A DNA stretch of 32,000 bases from Planctopirus limnophila DSM 3776 (GCF_000092105.1 NC_014148.1:180001-212000); one strand, 5' to 3'. Shown: positions 1-8,943, counted from the first letter of the stretch. The notes: generated by a model from the letters alone, not told the origin. Made by a program: numbers and translations.

Positions 1-115
1 GTGTTGCCATCCATCCCGTGGAGGAACACAATGATTGCTTTGACCGCAGGAGGTGTGAAGACATCGCAGGTCACATTGGCGATGAGACTCGACTGCCAGA
101 GTTCAGAAAGTTGAT

Positions 116-592
116 TCATGAGGGTGCCGACCAGCTTCCGGATTTCCCACCGGTTTTGGAAAGGAGCCGAATCGGGCCGATCGTCATAGCTTTATCGATG
201 CTTTTGCACATGTCATAGACAGTGAGAGCAGCAATCGAAACCGCCGTGAGAGCTTCCATTTCGACACCTGTTTTCGCCGTCAGGCTGGCTGTGGCCACAA
301 TGCGAAGTTCATCGGGTGATGTGAAAGAAAATTCTATCTCGACGGAATCAAGCCCTAGAGGATGACAGAGTGGAATCAGATCGGCAGTTTTTTTAGCCGC
401 CATGATCCCCGCCAGACGGGCGACTTCGAGTACATTACCTTTCGCGGTTCCTCCACCAGCCATGCGAGTGATCGTCTCTGGGTGAGCTGTAACAAATCCT
501 TCGGCTGTGGCAGTTCTCTCAGTGACAGGTTTATGGCCCACATTCACCATACGTGAGTGCCCTTCGCTGTCGAAATGGGTCAAATCTGTCAT
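116..592 (-). CDS. moaC: cyclic pyranopterin monophosphate synthase (MoaC)
   Basis: ORF 116..628 (-). Full-length by-eye match to MoaC: MTDLTHFD..G..RMV.VG.K..T.R.A.A, LEVARLAGIMAAKKTADLIPLCHPL, KTGVEMEALTA. The ATG at 592 gives the usual MoaC N-terminus. The GTG at 628 would add 12 unconserved residues. Confidence 0.9.
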   Translation of the reverse strand: MTDLTHFDSEGHSRMVNVGHKPVTERTATAEGFVTAHPETITRMAGGGTAKGNVLEVARLAGIMAAKKTADLIPLCHPLGLDSVEIEFSFTSPDELRIVATASLTAKTGVEMEALTAVSIAALTVYDMCKSIDKAMTIGPIRLLSKTGGKSGSWSAPS

Positions 593-680
593 GATCGAGG
601 ATCCAAATTTCTGGAATGAAGCCAGCACTTAGTCATAATTCAGATTAACTATGTTTGGCTGAATCTGCCTGCCTGAAAGA

Positions 681-1580
681 GTGAAGTTGATGGAGCTCCC
701 AGCCGAAACAACTCGTCATCACCAGCACAATTCGATGCCTGGCCACGCCTCAGTCGTTGTGCCGGTTATTGATACTCGTAATGGCTGGGCAGTGCATGCG
801 ATTGCTGGAAATCGAGCCCTTTATCGACCTTGGACAGATTCTTTTCAGCAGCCACGCAAGCCTCAACAGTTGGCCGAAGAGTTTTCCAGGGTCTGGCAAC
901 CACGTTGGCTCTATGTCGCTGATCTCGATGGGATCATCGATGGCCAACCGCAAACAAGCAGCTGGCCTTGTTTGCCGGGAGATGGTCCGCGAATTCTGAT
1001 GGATGCCGGTTTTCGAGAAATCGATGATGTTCTAACGGCCGTGAACCTCGGCTACGAGGTCATTCTGGGAACGGAGTCGTTACCGTCGATGGCATGGCTG
1101 CAGGAACTGATCGTTCGACTGGAAGACTCACAACGATTGTGGATTTCGCTCGATTTTCGCCAGGGCCAATGGCAGGCACCTGCCGAGTTCCAGCAACTGG
1201 GCCTCACGGATTTCATCAGCCAACTCTCCAACTGGTCAATGACGCATTGGATCGTGCTGGATCTGGCAGATGTGGGTCAGGGCACCGGAGGTTCAACGGC
1301 AGAGCAGATTCGACTGCTCCGAGAAACATTGGAGAAATCGAGTCGCAACTGGAAACACCCTGCCGAAAGCTATCAAAGCAGGCTTGCCCAAAGCTGCCAG
1401 CATGGCACACAGGTAGTTCCAACAGAAAGAACCCCCACCATTCTGGCTGGTGGAGGCATGCGGACGGCCCAGGATGTTCTGCAATTGCAGACACAGGGCG
1501 TGAGTGGTGTGCTCGTGGCCACAGCGCTGATGACAGGCACCATCACACCCGATCAGTTCGCCCCTTTACGAATGCCTTAA
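681..1580 (+). CDS. HisA/HisF-family (beta/alpha)8-barrel protein, divergent stand-alone paralogue
   Basis: ORF 681..1580 (+) with a GTG start. Alternative ATGs lie at 690 and 735; 735 gives MPGHASVVVPVIDTRNG, a typical HisA-like N-terminus. Hallmarks: VVPVID.R.G, YVADLDGI, ILAGGGMRTAQDV...GVSGVLVATAL. It carries a ~30-aa insertion before the last GGG phosphate-binding strand (see findings). Confidence 0.7.
   Translation: MKLMELPAETTRHHQHNSMPGHASVVVPVIDTRNGWAVHAIAGNRALYRPWTDSFQQPRKPQQLAEEFSRVWQPRWLYVADLDGIIDGQPQTSSWPCLPGDGPRILMDAGFREIDDVLTAVNLGYEVILGTESLPSMAWLQELIVRLEDSQRLWISLDFRQGQWQAPAEFQQLGLTDFISQLSNWSMTHWIVLDLADVGQGTGGSTAEQIRLLRETLEKSSRNWKHPAESYQSRLAQSCQHGTQVVPTERTPTILAGGGMRTAQDVLQLQTQGVSGVLVATALMTGTITPDQFAPLRMP
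1379..1408 (+). repeat. degenerate copy (B4) of the family-B palindromic element, inside the HisA/HisF-like CDS
   Basis: caggcttgc-ccaaagct-gccagcatg-gcac. Hand alignment of 1379..1411 against copy B3 plus 4 flanking nt (28076..28109) gives 28/34 identities. 7 of 9 stem pairs are retained. Confidence 0.55.
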
Positions 1581-1636
1581 GCGATCTGACAAGCTGTTCG
1601 ATGAGAATTGTTTACTGCTGATTGACTCGTCTGTCC

Positions 1637-2713
1637 TCAGGCGGTGACTTCAGCCGGTGTGGGATTCATTTTTTCATACGCCGAGAGAATGAGTTCTTCG
1701 GTTTCTTCCCAGCCAATACAGCCATCGGTAATGGAGACGCCGTACTTCAGATCGGCAGGGTTTTTGAGAGGCTGATTGCCAGGGAAGAGGTTACTTTCCA
1801 CCATCACCCCTGCCAGTGCAGTCTCTCCGTCAAGACGTCGCTGAATAACATCGTTCCAGACAATGTGCTGCTTGGTGTAATCCTTGTTGGAATTCGCATG
1901 GCTGCAATCCACCATGATTCGATCACAAAGATTGAGTGCCCGGAGCTTGGAAACCGCTTCCTGCACGTTTTCTGGTGCATAGTTGGGAGCTGTTCGTCCG
2001 CCACGCAACACGAGCATGCCCCAGGGGTTCCCTTTGGTGTTGATGATGCAGGTCTTTCCTTCAGGGTCGATGCCCAGGAAACTGTGCGATGTTCGAGCCG
2101 CCTGCATGGCATCGAGAGCGACCTGCAAGGTGCCGTCCGTCCCGTTTTTGTAACCGACGGGCATGGAAAGACCGCTGGCCATCTGCCGATGAGTGGGCGA
2201 TTCTGTCGTGCGGGCCCCAATAGCTGCAAAGGCCAGCAGATCGGAAATATATTGAGGCGTAATGGATTCGAGCAGTTCGGTCGCTGCTGGTAATCCCATA
2301 TCGTTCACTTCCAGCAGAATGCGGCGGGCCGCCCGCAAACCTGTGGCGATATCGAAGGTCTCATTGAGGTGCGGGTCGTTAATCAGTCCTTTCCAACCAA
2401 CGGTTGTGCGTGGCTTTTCGAAGTAGACGCGCATCACAATCAGCATGTGGCTTTTGACTTTTTCAGCCAGATCCCGCAGCTTGCGGGCATATTCGAGGGC
2501 CGCCACATGATCGTGAATCGAACAGGGGCCGACAGTCACAAAGAGACGGGAATCTTCACCACTGAGAATCCGCTTGATCGCTTCGCGTCCTTCGACAACA
2601 GTTCGCATGGCGGAATCGGAAATCGTTTCTTCCGACTTCAGGTATCGGGGGGCAATCAGTGGCACGGTATCCCGAACATTCACGTTTTGGAGCGGTTGCA
2701 TAACAGTCGACAT
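1637..2713 (-). CDS. aroG: 3-deoxy-7-phosphoheptulonate (DAHP) synthase, class I (AroF/G/H type)
   Basis: 358-aa ORF. The N-terminal LIAPRYLK....S......V..GREAIKRIL.GED.RL.V.VGPCSIHD, plus KPRT.VGWKGLI.DP and later blocks, match class I-alpha DAHP synthases. Isoenzyme identity (F/G/H) cannot be told from sequence. Confidence 0.9.
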   Translation of the reverse strand: MSTVMQPLQNVNVRDTVPLIAPRYLKSEETISDSAMRTVVEGREAIKRILSGEDSRLFVTVGPCSIHDHVAALEYARKLRDLAEKVKSHMLIVMRVYFEKPRTTVGWKGLINDPHLNETFDIATGLRAARRILLEVNDMGLPAATELLESITPQYISDLLAFAAIGARTTESPTHRQMASGLSMPVGYKNGTDGTLQVALDAMQAARTSHSFLGIDPEGKTCIINTKGNPWGMLVLRGGRTAPNYAPENVQEAVSKLRALNLCDRIMVDCSHANSNKDYTKQHIVWNDVIQRRLDGETALAGVMVESNLFPGNQPLKNPADLKYGVSITDGCIGWEETEELILSAYEKMNPTPAEVTA

Positions 2714-2997
2714 TCTGTGAAAGAACTCAGGGAGGCCTGATTGCTTGAATGCTGAAACTTCATTAACGACTCAAGGGTGGAATTCATCTGGCATGGTTTC
2801 AAGGCCGTATGAAGTCGACAAATTTCAGGCACCCTGAGGAAAGTCTCGTTTCTAGGATTTTAGGTGAGAGCCAGGCCACGGAACAGTCGCAGAGCTGGTT
2901 TTCAGATGAGTTTGCCAGTGAAAAGAGAGCTCTGGTGCTCGTCAATCGATTTCCCCACGGGTCATTTCGTGTTGCTTCATCTCAGGATTCGTATTTA

Positions 2998-4221
2998 CTA
3001 ACCTGCCGATCCTGCACTGGCGAGGAACTTCTCGATGGCATCAAAACCTTGTTTGAGTGTCTCGTCGTCCGTCGCAAAGGAAAGCCTCACAAAACCAGGA
3101 GCACCAAAGGCATCGCCTGTCACCAAAGCGACATGAGCTTCTTCGAGCAGGATGGTGCAGAACTCGCTGGCGTCCTTCGCGACTTTCCCACTCGCCAATG
3201 GCTTATTGAGCATCGATGAAATGTTGAAGAACATATAGAACGCACCACCGGGGGGCGGGCAGGTCACGCCAAACCGTTCCTGCCAGGGTCGCAGTCGGCT
3301 GAGTGAATACTCCCGTCGGCGTTCAAAGACCACACGCATGGCTTCGACAGATTCCTGAGGTCCATCGAGTGCCGTGACAGCCGCATACTGGCTGATGCTG
3401 CAAGGATTCGATGTTTCCTGGCTTTGGAGGTTATCCATGGCCTTGATGATGGCGGCAGGCCCGATTGTCCAGCCAATACGCCAGCCTGTCATTGCATAGG
3501 CTTTACTGACACCACTGACAATGATCGTCAGGGCCTTGACTTCGGGGCCGAAGCTGGCGAATGAGCGGAACTCACTGCCGGGATAAATGAGTTTCTCGTA
3601 GATTTCATCCGAGAGCACTGGAATATTGCGAGCCACTGCAACCTTGGCCAGAGCTTCCAACTGTGCGGGAGTGTAAGCAGCACCGGTCGGATTGCTGGGA
3701 TTATTGAGTAACAGCAGCTTGGTTCGAGGAGTAATGGCTGCTTCAAACTGCTCGGCCGTCATCACAAAGCCACTGGCTTCTGTGGTTTCGACGAGCACAG
3801 GAACGGCACCTGTCAGTTCGACCAGTGCCCCATAACTGACCCAGTAAGGTGTGGGGATGATGACTTCATCACCTGGGCCGCAAAGTGTCGCCAATACATT
3901 ATGAATCGAGTGCTTGGCGCCGTTCGAGATCAGCACCTGATTGGGAGCGTAGTCGAGATTGTAATCGCGCTTGTAAGCCCGGCAGACTGCTTCCTTCAGT
4001 TCGGCAATACCACCAGAAGGTGTGTAATGCGTTTTGCCGGCTTTCATCGCCTCAATCGCCGCCGCCTGGATGTGCTCAGGAGTATTGAAGTCGGGTTCAC
4101 CCAGCGTGAAGTCGAGAACCTTAACGCCTTTGTTTTTCAGCTCTCGTGCTTTAGCAGCAGCGGCTAAAGTGGCTGAAGGCTTGAGAGCTTCCACGAGCGG
4201 AGACAAAGTCATGGCGGGCAT
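2998..4221 (-). CDS. pyridoxal-phosphate-dependent aminotransferase, class I (aspartate aminotransferase-like)
   Basis: 407-aa ORF with class-I aminotransferase blocks: LDFTLGEPDF.TPEHI, NPSNPTG, and the PLP-lysine block SGVSKAYAMTGWRIGW. An alternative ATG lies at 4212. Confidence 0.9.
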   Translation of the reverse strand: MPAMTLSPLVEALKPSATLAAAAKARELKNKGVKVLDFTLGEPDFNTPEHIQAAAIEAMKAGKTHYTPSGGIAELKEAVCRAYKRDYNLDYAPNQVLISNGAKHSIHNVLATLCGPGDEVIIPTPYWVSYGALVELTGAVPVLVETTEASGFVMTAEQFEAAITPRTKLLLLNNPSNPTGAAYTPAQLEALAKVAVARNIPVLSDEIYEKLIYPGSEFRSFASFGPEVKALTIIVSGVSKAYAMTGWRIGWTIGPAAIIKAMDNLQSQETSNPCSISQYAAVTALDGPQESVEAMRVVFERRREYSLSRLRPWQERFGVTCPPPGGAFYMFFNISSMLNKPLASGKVAKDASEFCTILLEEAHVALVTGDAFGAPGFVRLSFATDDETLKQGFDAIEKFLASAGSAG

Positions 4222-4973
4222 GGCAGGCAGTTTTCTATCGTTACAGTAGCGGGAGAAGAATCTCGAAGCCGGGCTTCAGGATTCATGGGTGGGTCAGAAG
4301 TTTGTGGGCAGTGTGCTGACGTTCAACTGAGTTCCACATCAAAATATCGCACACTGAAAAATATCTCATACTGAGATTGTCAGGTGAGTTGACTCCAGCG
4401 TCAAGGAACGACCCCTTGCGGCCGCATTTAGAAACGACAGTCGAACATTTGCAAATGATCGTCAACCGGTTTGTGACGTCTGGAATCGATGGGAGGTTCG
4501 CGATGGTTTGCTCAGCGTTTCGATACCTCCTGGCAGTTCGTTTGATCCAAATCGACGACTTCACCGCCAGCAGGCCTGGATCACGCAACTGATACAGCCG
4601 GTTTTTTCCACGAAATCGCTGATTTTGTTACAGAACCCCCAAACCTACCAGCCAGATTGGCCGATAAAATTTGCCGTAATCAGTTCTCGAAAGAGTTACG
4701 TCGAGCCGTGATTCCCCGAAGTCAAAAGTTGCGTTGCACAGAGTGACAATAAACCGTTGCAATAAAACAGATTCCGATTGACCTGTTTCGCGAAGCATCC
4801 TAAAACTGAATCTGTCGGGTCTGTTCTAAGTTTCAAGGATGAACCTCACTCTATTTGGAGAGTGTGACTGTTAGGCGCAAAACTCGCTCCAAGGACGCTA
4901 GAGCGAACTCCCCTCGAGATGATCTCACCGTGGGAGTATTAAGTGCGTCCAGACACTACAGGAGTTATTGAGC

Positions 4974-5276
4974 ATGGCGACAAAAACGACGACGAAGGCT
5001 GCTCCAGCGAAAAAGCCAGTTGAAAAGAAGGCTGCTCCAGCCGCCAAGCCCGCCGCAGCAAAGCCAGCGAAGTCGACCAAGCCTAAGGCTGAAAAGCCTG
5101 CCAAGGCTGCACCAGCCGCTAAGCCTGCCAAGGCCACCAAGGCTGCTCCCGCTGCAAAGCCAGCCAAGTCCACCAAGCCCAAGGCTGCTCCAGCCGCCAA
5201 GCCCGCCGCAGCAAAGCCTGCCAAGGCACCTAAGGCTGCCAAGCCAGCTGCCCCCAAGACACCTGCTGCCAGCTAG
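4974..5276 (+). CDS. histone H1/Hc-like lysine-alanine-proline repeat protein (putative nucleoid-associated protein)
   Basis: ORF 4968..5276 (+). The ATG at 4974 is preceded by GGAG at 4961..4964. The 100 aa are almost only K/A/P/T, with AAPAAKPA occurring four times. This matches bacterial histone H1-like repetitive proteins (chlamydial Hc1/Hc2, AlgP C-terminal tails). The antisense ORF 4925..5257 is a mirror artefact. Confidence 0.75.
   Translation: MATKTTTKAAPAKKPVEKKAAPAAKPAAAKPAKSTKPKAEKPAKAAPAAKPAKATKAAPAAKPAKSTKPKAAPAAKPAAAKPAKAPKAAKPAAPKTPAAS
5028..5218 (+). repeat. in-frame direct repeat inside the KAP-repeat CDS
   Basis: Two identical 38-nt copies (aaggctgctccagccgccaagcccgccgcagcaaagcc) lie at 5028..5065 and 5181..5218, offset by 153 nt (51 codons). 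Confidence 0.9.
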
Positions 5277-5360
5277 TGCTTAGCACTCACTTGCAACGAA
5301 GCATTTGCTCGCCACTCCGACACTCTCGCGATTGGCCCCGTTCATGAAACAACAAAGCAG

Positions 5361-5404
5361 AGAAGCCGGCATTTCCTTGTGATCTGCTGGCTTCTAGCTT
5401 TTTA
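5361..5404. terminator. putative bidirectional terminator hairpin between convergent genes
   Basis: agaagccggc (5361..5370) pairs with gctggcttct (5386..5395), 10 bp including one G-U. An A-rich run lies upstream and agcttttta downstream. It sits between the KAP-repeat gene (+) and the MFS gene (-). The 15-nt loop is long for an intrinsic terminator. Confidence 0.4.
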
Positions 5405-5433
5405 AGGGGCGATGACTGGCACATGCCCATCCA

Positions 5434-6747
5434 TTACGACTTCGCGAGTCGTGTGCTGAAATGTGGATTTGGCAGTGCGATCGACGAAACTACGCAGAAA
5501 CCAAGCATCACTTCCATCAGCAGAAACACCACACCCAGCCCATAAACGTCGCCCAGCCAACCTAAGAGAGGGACAACCATGCCACCCACACTTACCGCCA
5601 GGCCAATGGTCACTCCGGAAGCCATGCCCACCCGGTTCGGCAGATACTCCTGACCCAGCACCACGGCGGGACTGGCCGGTGCGAAAAACAGGATCGCCGT
5701 CAAAGCGACCATCGCAGCTCCTACCTCCATCGATGGCGACCAGACCATCAGGGGAAATGTCAGCATCGACAACCCGAAGCCGGTGATCAACGTGGCTCTG
5801 CGGCTGAACCGGTCGGCAAACCAGCCTCCGAGAATTGTGCCACCAATTCCAGCTGCCAGAAAGACCGATAAGATCGTTGTGCCCGAAGCCAGGATCACAT
5901 TGAGATCGAACGCCCCTGTGCTCCCCACGTCGGCTGAATCCGCCCAGCGCTGCCGCCAGTAAAGTGCCAGAAAGGTATTGATCGCAAAGAACACAATCGA
6001 ACGCGCTACGACACTGATGGTCAGTACGCCAAAGCCGTACCAATCGTCTTTCGCTGGGGCAATCGCTATATGTGGCCGTTGTCTCGACGGCGAAGCAGAC
6101 ATCGAGAACTGCCGGGCCAACAGTGCTGCCACAATAGCTGCAGGGAGTATGACCCACAGCATCCCCAGCCTTCCACTCGATTCGAGCAGCCACCAGCCGA
6201 GGGCCGGAGCCATGGCAAACCCCACACTACCACCCAGCGAAAAGTAACTCATCGCGGTGGTGCGATAATCGCCCGCCGCCAGATGAGCTTGCCTCGCTGC
6301 TTCCGGATGAAAGGCCGCAATTCCGAAACCACTCAGTGCCAGTGCAAAGAGCAACAATCCATAACTGGGGCTTTGTGCCCCTATTCCCAAAGGAATTCCG
6401 GCCAGCAACACACTCGCAGGAAGCAGCCAATGAAGCTTCAAACGGTCGGCCATCTGCCCAAAAACAGGCTGCACAATCGACGACATCGCTGCAGTGGCAA
6501 AGACCAGCGAGGCACTCATGAAGTATGTGTAGTTTTCTTTGAGCACCAGGTACGAAACCATCGCCGGGACAAGCCCCTGGCAGAGATCCACCGTGGCATG
6601 CCCAATCGTCAGCAGCGAGATCGAGCGGGTTTCAATCCGCCTCAACATCGGGGCCGAACGTGTTTCGACTTGTTCCTCATCAGCGATGGAAATCATCGAG
6701 CGACCAGCAGCATCCCTGCGCTGACCAGGTATTAAAACGGACGGCAT
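5434..6747 (-). CDS. MFS transporter, Fsr (fosmidomycin-resistance)-like family
   Basis: 437-aa ORF with multiple hydrophobic spans. Blocks align with E. coli Fsr: GHATVDLCQGLVPA, IVQPVFGQMADR, GIAAFHPEAAR, YFSLGGSVGFAMAPAL, LGQEYLPNRVGMASGV. Internal ATGs at codons 18 and 34 are possible starts. Confidence 0.8.
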   Translation of the reverse strand: MPSVLIPGQRRDAAGRSMISIADEEQVETRSAPMLRRIETRSISLLTIGHATVDLCQGLVPAMVSYLVLKENYTYFMSASLVFATAAMSSIVQPVFGQMADRLKLHWLLPASVLLAGIPLGIGAQSPSYGLLLFALALSGFGIAAFHPEAARQAHLAAGDYRTTAMSYFSLGGSVGFAMAPALGWWLLESSGRLGMLWVILPAAIVAALLARQFSMSASPSRQRPHIAIAPAKDDWYGFGVLTISVVARSIVFFAINTFLALYWRQRWADSADVGSTGAFDLNVILASGTTILSVFLAAGIGGTILGGWFADRFSRRATLITGFGLSMLTFPLMVWSPSMEVGAAMVALTAILFFAPASPAVVLGQEYLPNRVGMASGVTIGLAVSVGGMVVPLLGWLGDVYGLGVVFLLMEVMLGFCVVSSIALPNPHFSTRLAKS

Positions 6748-7338
6748 AACAGCATCAATCGAAAAGTGAACTCATTCTCTCAACTGCCAACTGTCCATCA
6801 GTTAACAGCCAACCCAGCCAGACGCCTTACCACGTGGAACATGTTGTCTGGCGGCAACTCTCCCCGGGTTATCAGCAAGTACCGCGATCAAGGCTCGGTT
6901 CTAACACCTGACAAGAGCTTTCTCTCGATCCCGCCAGAAAATCACAGGGACTGGTCTCTTGCCGCAGCCCTTCTCTGATCACTCCAGCGGGACACACCTC
7001 GCCTCTCGCCGGTTCAAGGAAATTCCAGTTGCGCTGGACGTGTCGGTCTTTGGCAACATCTGTCTCTGATTCACCACATGCCACGCTTCCCTGTGGTGTT
7101 CCGGCAACATGTAGCCCACTTGATTCTGTTTTTAAGCGTCCTCGCAGATTGTCACAAGTTGTTGGAATCAAGCATGTTGTGAGCATACAAAATCTCAGGG
7201 AAACACTCTGTTCAGGATTGTGGCGCGGAGTTTGTTCTCTCTCCTTGACGCACCGTCAAGTGGTGCAATCAAACCGCTGCGTTTCCATCGATTTTTCATC
7301 AAGCAATTGACGGCACACTCAACCCTGGGTCTCTCGCC

Positions 7339-8874
7339 ATGAACAAACCTGTCATCGTTGTCCTTTCGTGCGATCAGCAACTGGCCGTCGAACTCCCCTC
7401 CGCACTGCAGGGCCGGGTCGATGTTCGTGCCTGCGATACGACCGAAGAAGTGCAGGATCTGCTCCGGACCGTCACACCTCAAGGTTTTGTGGCTGACTTC
7501 CGTCGGACATCTCATAGCGGGATGGCCGAAGCCCGGTTGCTGTCACTTCTTCAGGAACGATTCCCTGCTCTGCGAATTGCTCTCGTGACTCCCGATCGCT
7601 GCCCGGAACCATTGCAGGCCCGAGTCAACGAAACCGATCTGACACACTTCAAGGGCCGTGTCGATTCACAAATTCTGGCCCAGACATTCCGGGAACTGGC
7701 CGATCGAGTCGCCCCGGCTGAACCCTCGACATTATCCAGAGGCCAGACGAGCACCAACGCAGATCCTCAGTATCCGGCTGCACGAAATACGCCTGTGAGT
7801 ACACCACGGGCCGCCATCACGAGCACCTCATCAACGCGAAGTGCAGTTCCTGCCCACGAGAGTGCCATGCTCGATACGGCAGCAGGGAGTATCAGCCGCC
7901 GGTTTGAAACGAGTTCACCACAGCTCCAGCAAATGCTGGCTGACCTCGAAATTGCAGCCCGGCACGATGTCACCATCATGCTCATTGGCGAGACCGGTGC
8001 GGGAAAGACCTATCTTTCGAGACTCATTCACGAAGCCTCACCCCGGCGTACCGATCCATTCCTGCCTGTCGCCTGCGGTGCTCTCCCTGATGACCTCATC
8101 GAAAGTGAACTCTTCGGCCACATGAAAGGCTCGTTCACCAGTGCCCATGCCGATAAAGAGGGGAAGTTCATTGCTGCCAAACGCGGGTCACTACTGCTCG
8201 ACGAAATCGATGTCCTCGGCCTCGAACAGCAGGTAAAGCTGCTGAGAGTCATTGAAACCGGTGAGTTTGAACCTGTCGGTTCGAACCAGACACTTCGCTC
8301 GCAGGCCCGGCTGATCGTCGCGAGTAACCTCGAATTGCAGCCGCTGGTCGAACAGGGCCGCTTCCGCCCCGATCTCTATTACCGCCTTAACATGCTCAAG
8401 TTCAACATCCCGCCACTGCGTCATCGCAAGGTCGATATTGTTCCTCTGGCCCGGCGTTTTGTCAGGCAGTTTGTGCAGAAGCATGGAGTGACGATTCGCG
8501 AGATCGACCCAGGTCTGTTCGAAGCTCTGTTGGGATATCCCTGGCCTGGGAACGTTCGCGAGCTGGAGCATGTTATTCAGCGGGCGGTGATCTATTGCCG
8601 CGATGGCGTACTGCGGGCTGAGCATCTTCCTTCCCATATTGTGGGAGGTTATGCCGGGCCGACGAATGATCCTTCGGTCGATCTGGGCCATCAGTTCGTC
8701 ACAACAGCGACACCCAAGCAGAGCCTGGAAGGGCAGATTGCGCTGACAGAGAAAGAGATTATCGAACAAGCCCTCTTCAAGAACAGTTTTAGCCGGACGC
8801 GAACCGCCAAGGATTTAGGTATCAGCCGGGTGACGCTCTACAACAAAATGAAACGCTACGGCATCGGTAACTAG
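7339..8874 (+). CDS. sigma-54-dependent Fis-family transcriptional activator (bEBP) with receiver-like N-terminal domain
   Basis: 511-aa ORF. Walker A GETGAGKT lies at 7987..8010 and Walker B is LLLDEID. Other blocks: RPDLYYRLN, WPGNVRELEHVIQRA, and a C-terminal Fis-type HTH TRTAKDLGISRVTLYNKMKRYGI. The GAFTGA loop reads GSFTSA (8128..8145). The N-terminal ~120 aa look receiver-like (candidate Asp53 at 7495..7497) and are followed by an S/T/P-rich linker. Confidence 0.9.
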   Translation: MNKPVIVVLSCDQQLAVELPSALQGRVDVRACDTTEEVQDLLRTVTPQGFVADFRRTSHSGMAEARLLSLLQERFPALRIALVTPDRCPEPLQARVNETDLTHFKGRVDSQILAQTFRELADRVAPAEPSTLSRGQTSTNADPQYPAARNTPVSTPRAAITSTSSTRSAVPAHESAMLDTAAGSISRRFETSSPQLQQMLADLEIAARHDVTIMLIGETGAGKTYLSRLIHEASPRRTDPFLPVACGALPDDLIESELFGHMKGSFTSAHADKEGKFIAAKRGSLLLDEIDVLGLEQQVKLLRVIETGEFEPVGSNQTLRSQARLIVASNLELQPLVEQGRFRPDLYYRLNMLKFNIPPLRHRKVDIVPLARRFVRQFVQKHGVTIREIDPGLFEALLGYPWPGNVRELEHVIQRAVIYCRDGVLRAEHLPSHIVGGYAGPTNDPSVDLGHQFVTTATPKQSLEGQIALTEKEIIEQALFKNSFSRTRTAKDLGISRVTLYNKMKRYGIGN

Positions 8875-8904
8875 CCCGCATCGACCACGTAATAAACAAC
8901 AAAG

Positions 8905-8943
8905 CCCCGGCGTGCCCCGTGAACGCCGGGGCCTTTTCTTTTC
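8905..8943 (+). terminator. rho-independent terminator of the sigma-54 activator gene
   Basis: A perfect 9-bp GC-rich stem, gccccggcg (8905..8913) with cgccggggc (8925..8933), has an 11-nt loop and is followed by cttttctttt. Confidence 0.75.

Noticed and set aside
4446-4457. A perfect 12-bp palindrome, CATTTGCAAATG.
   Set aside because: Several perfect 12-bp palindromes are expected by chance in 32 kb (about 32000/4^6). There is no second copy or positional logic.
4283-4711. Small overlapping ORFs (4283..4588 -, 4377..4592 +, 4508..4711 +) in the 750-bp gap upstream of the KAP-repeat gene.
   Set aside because: They mutually overlap in different frames and have no recognisable domains, no SD and ordinary composition. 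None is preferable to the others.
4925-5257. A 110-aa minus-strand ORF (Ala/Gly/Leu-rich) and a second plus-frame ORF (5020..5283), both overlapping the KAP-repeat gene.
   Set aside because: They are mirror or shifted-frame artefacts of the GCN/AAG/CCN repeat. The plus-strand frame from 4974 has an ATG with GGAG upstream and a coherent H1-like composition.
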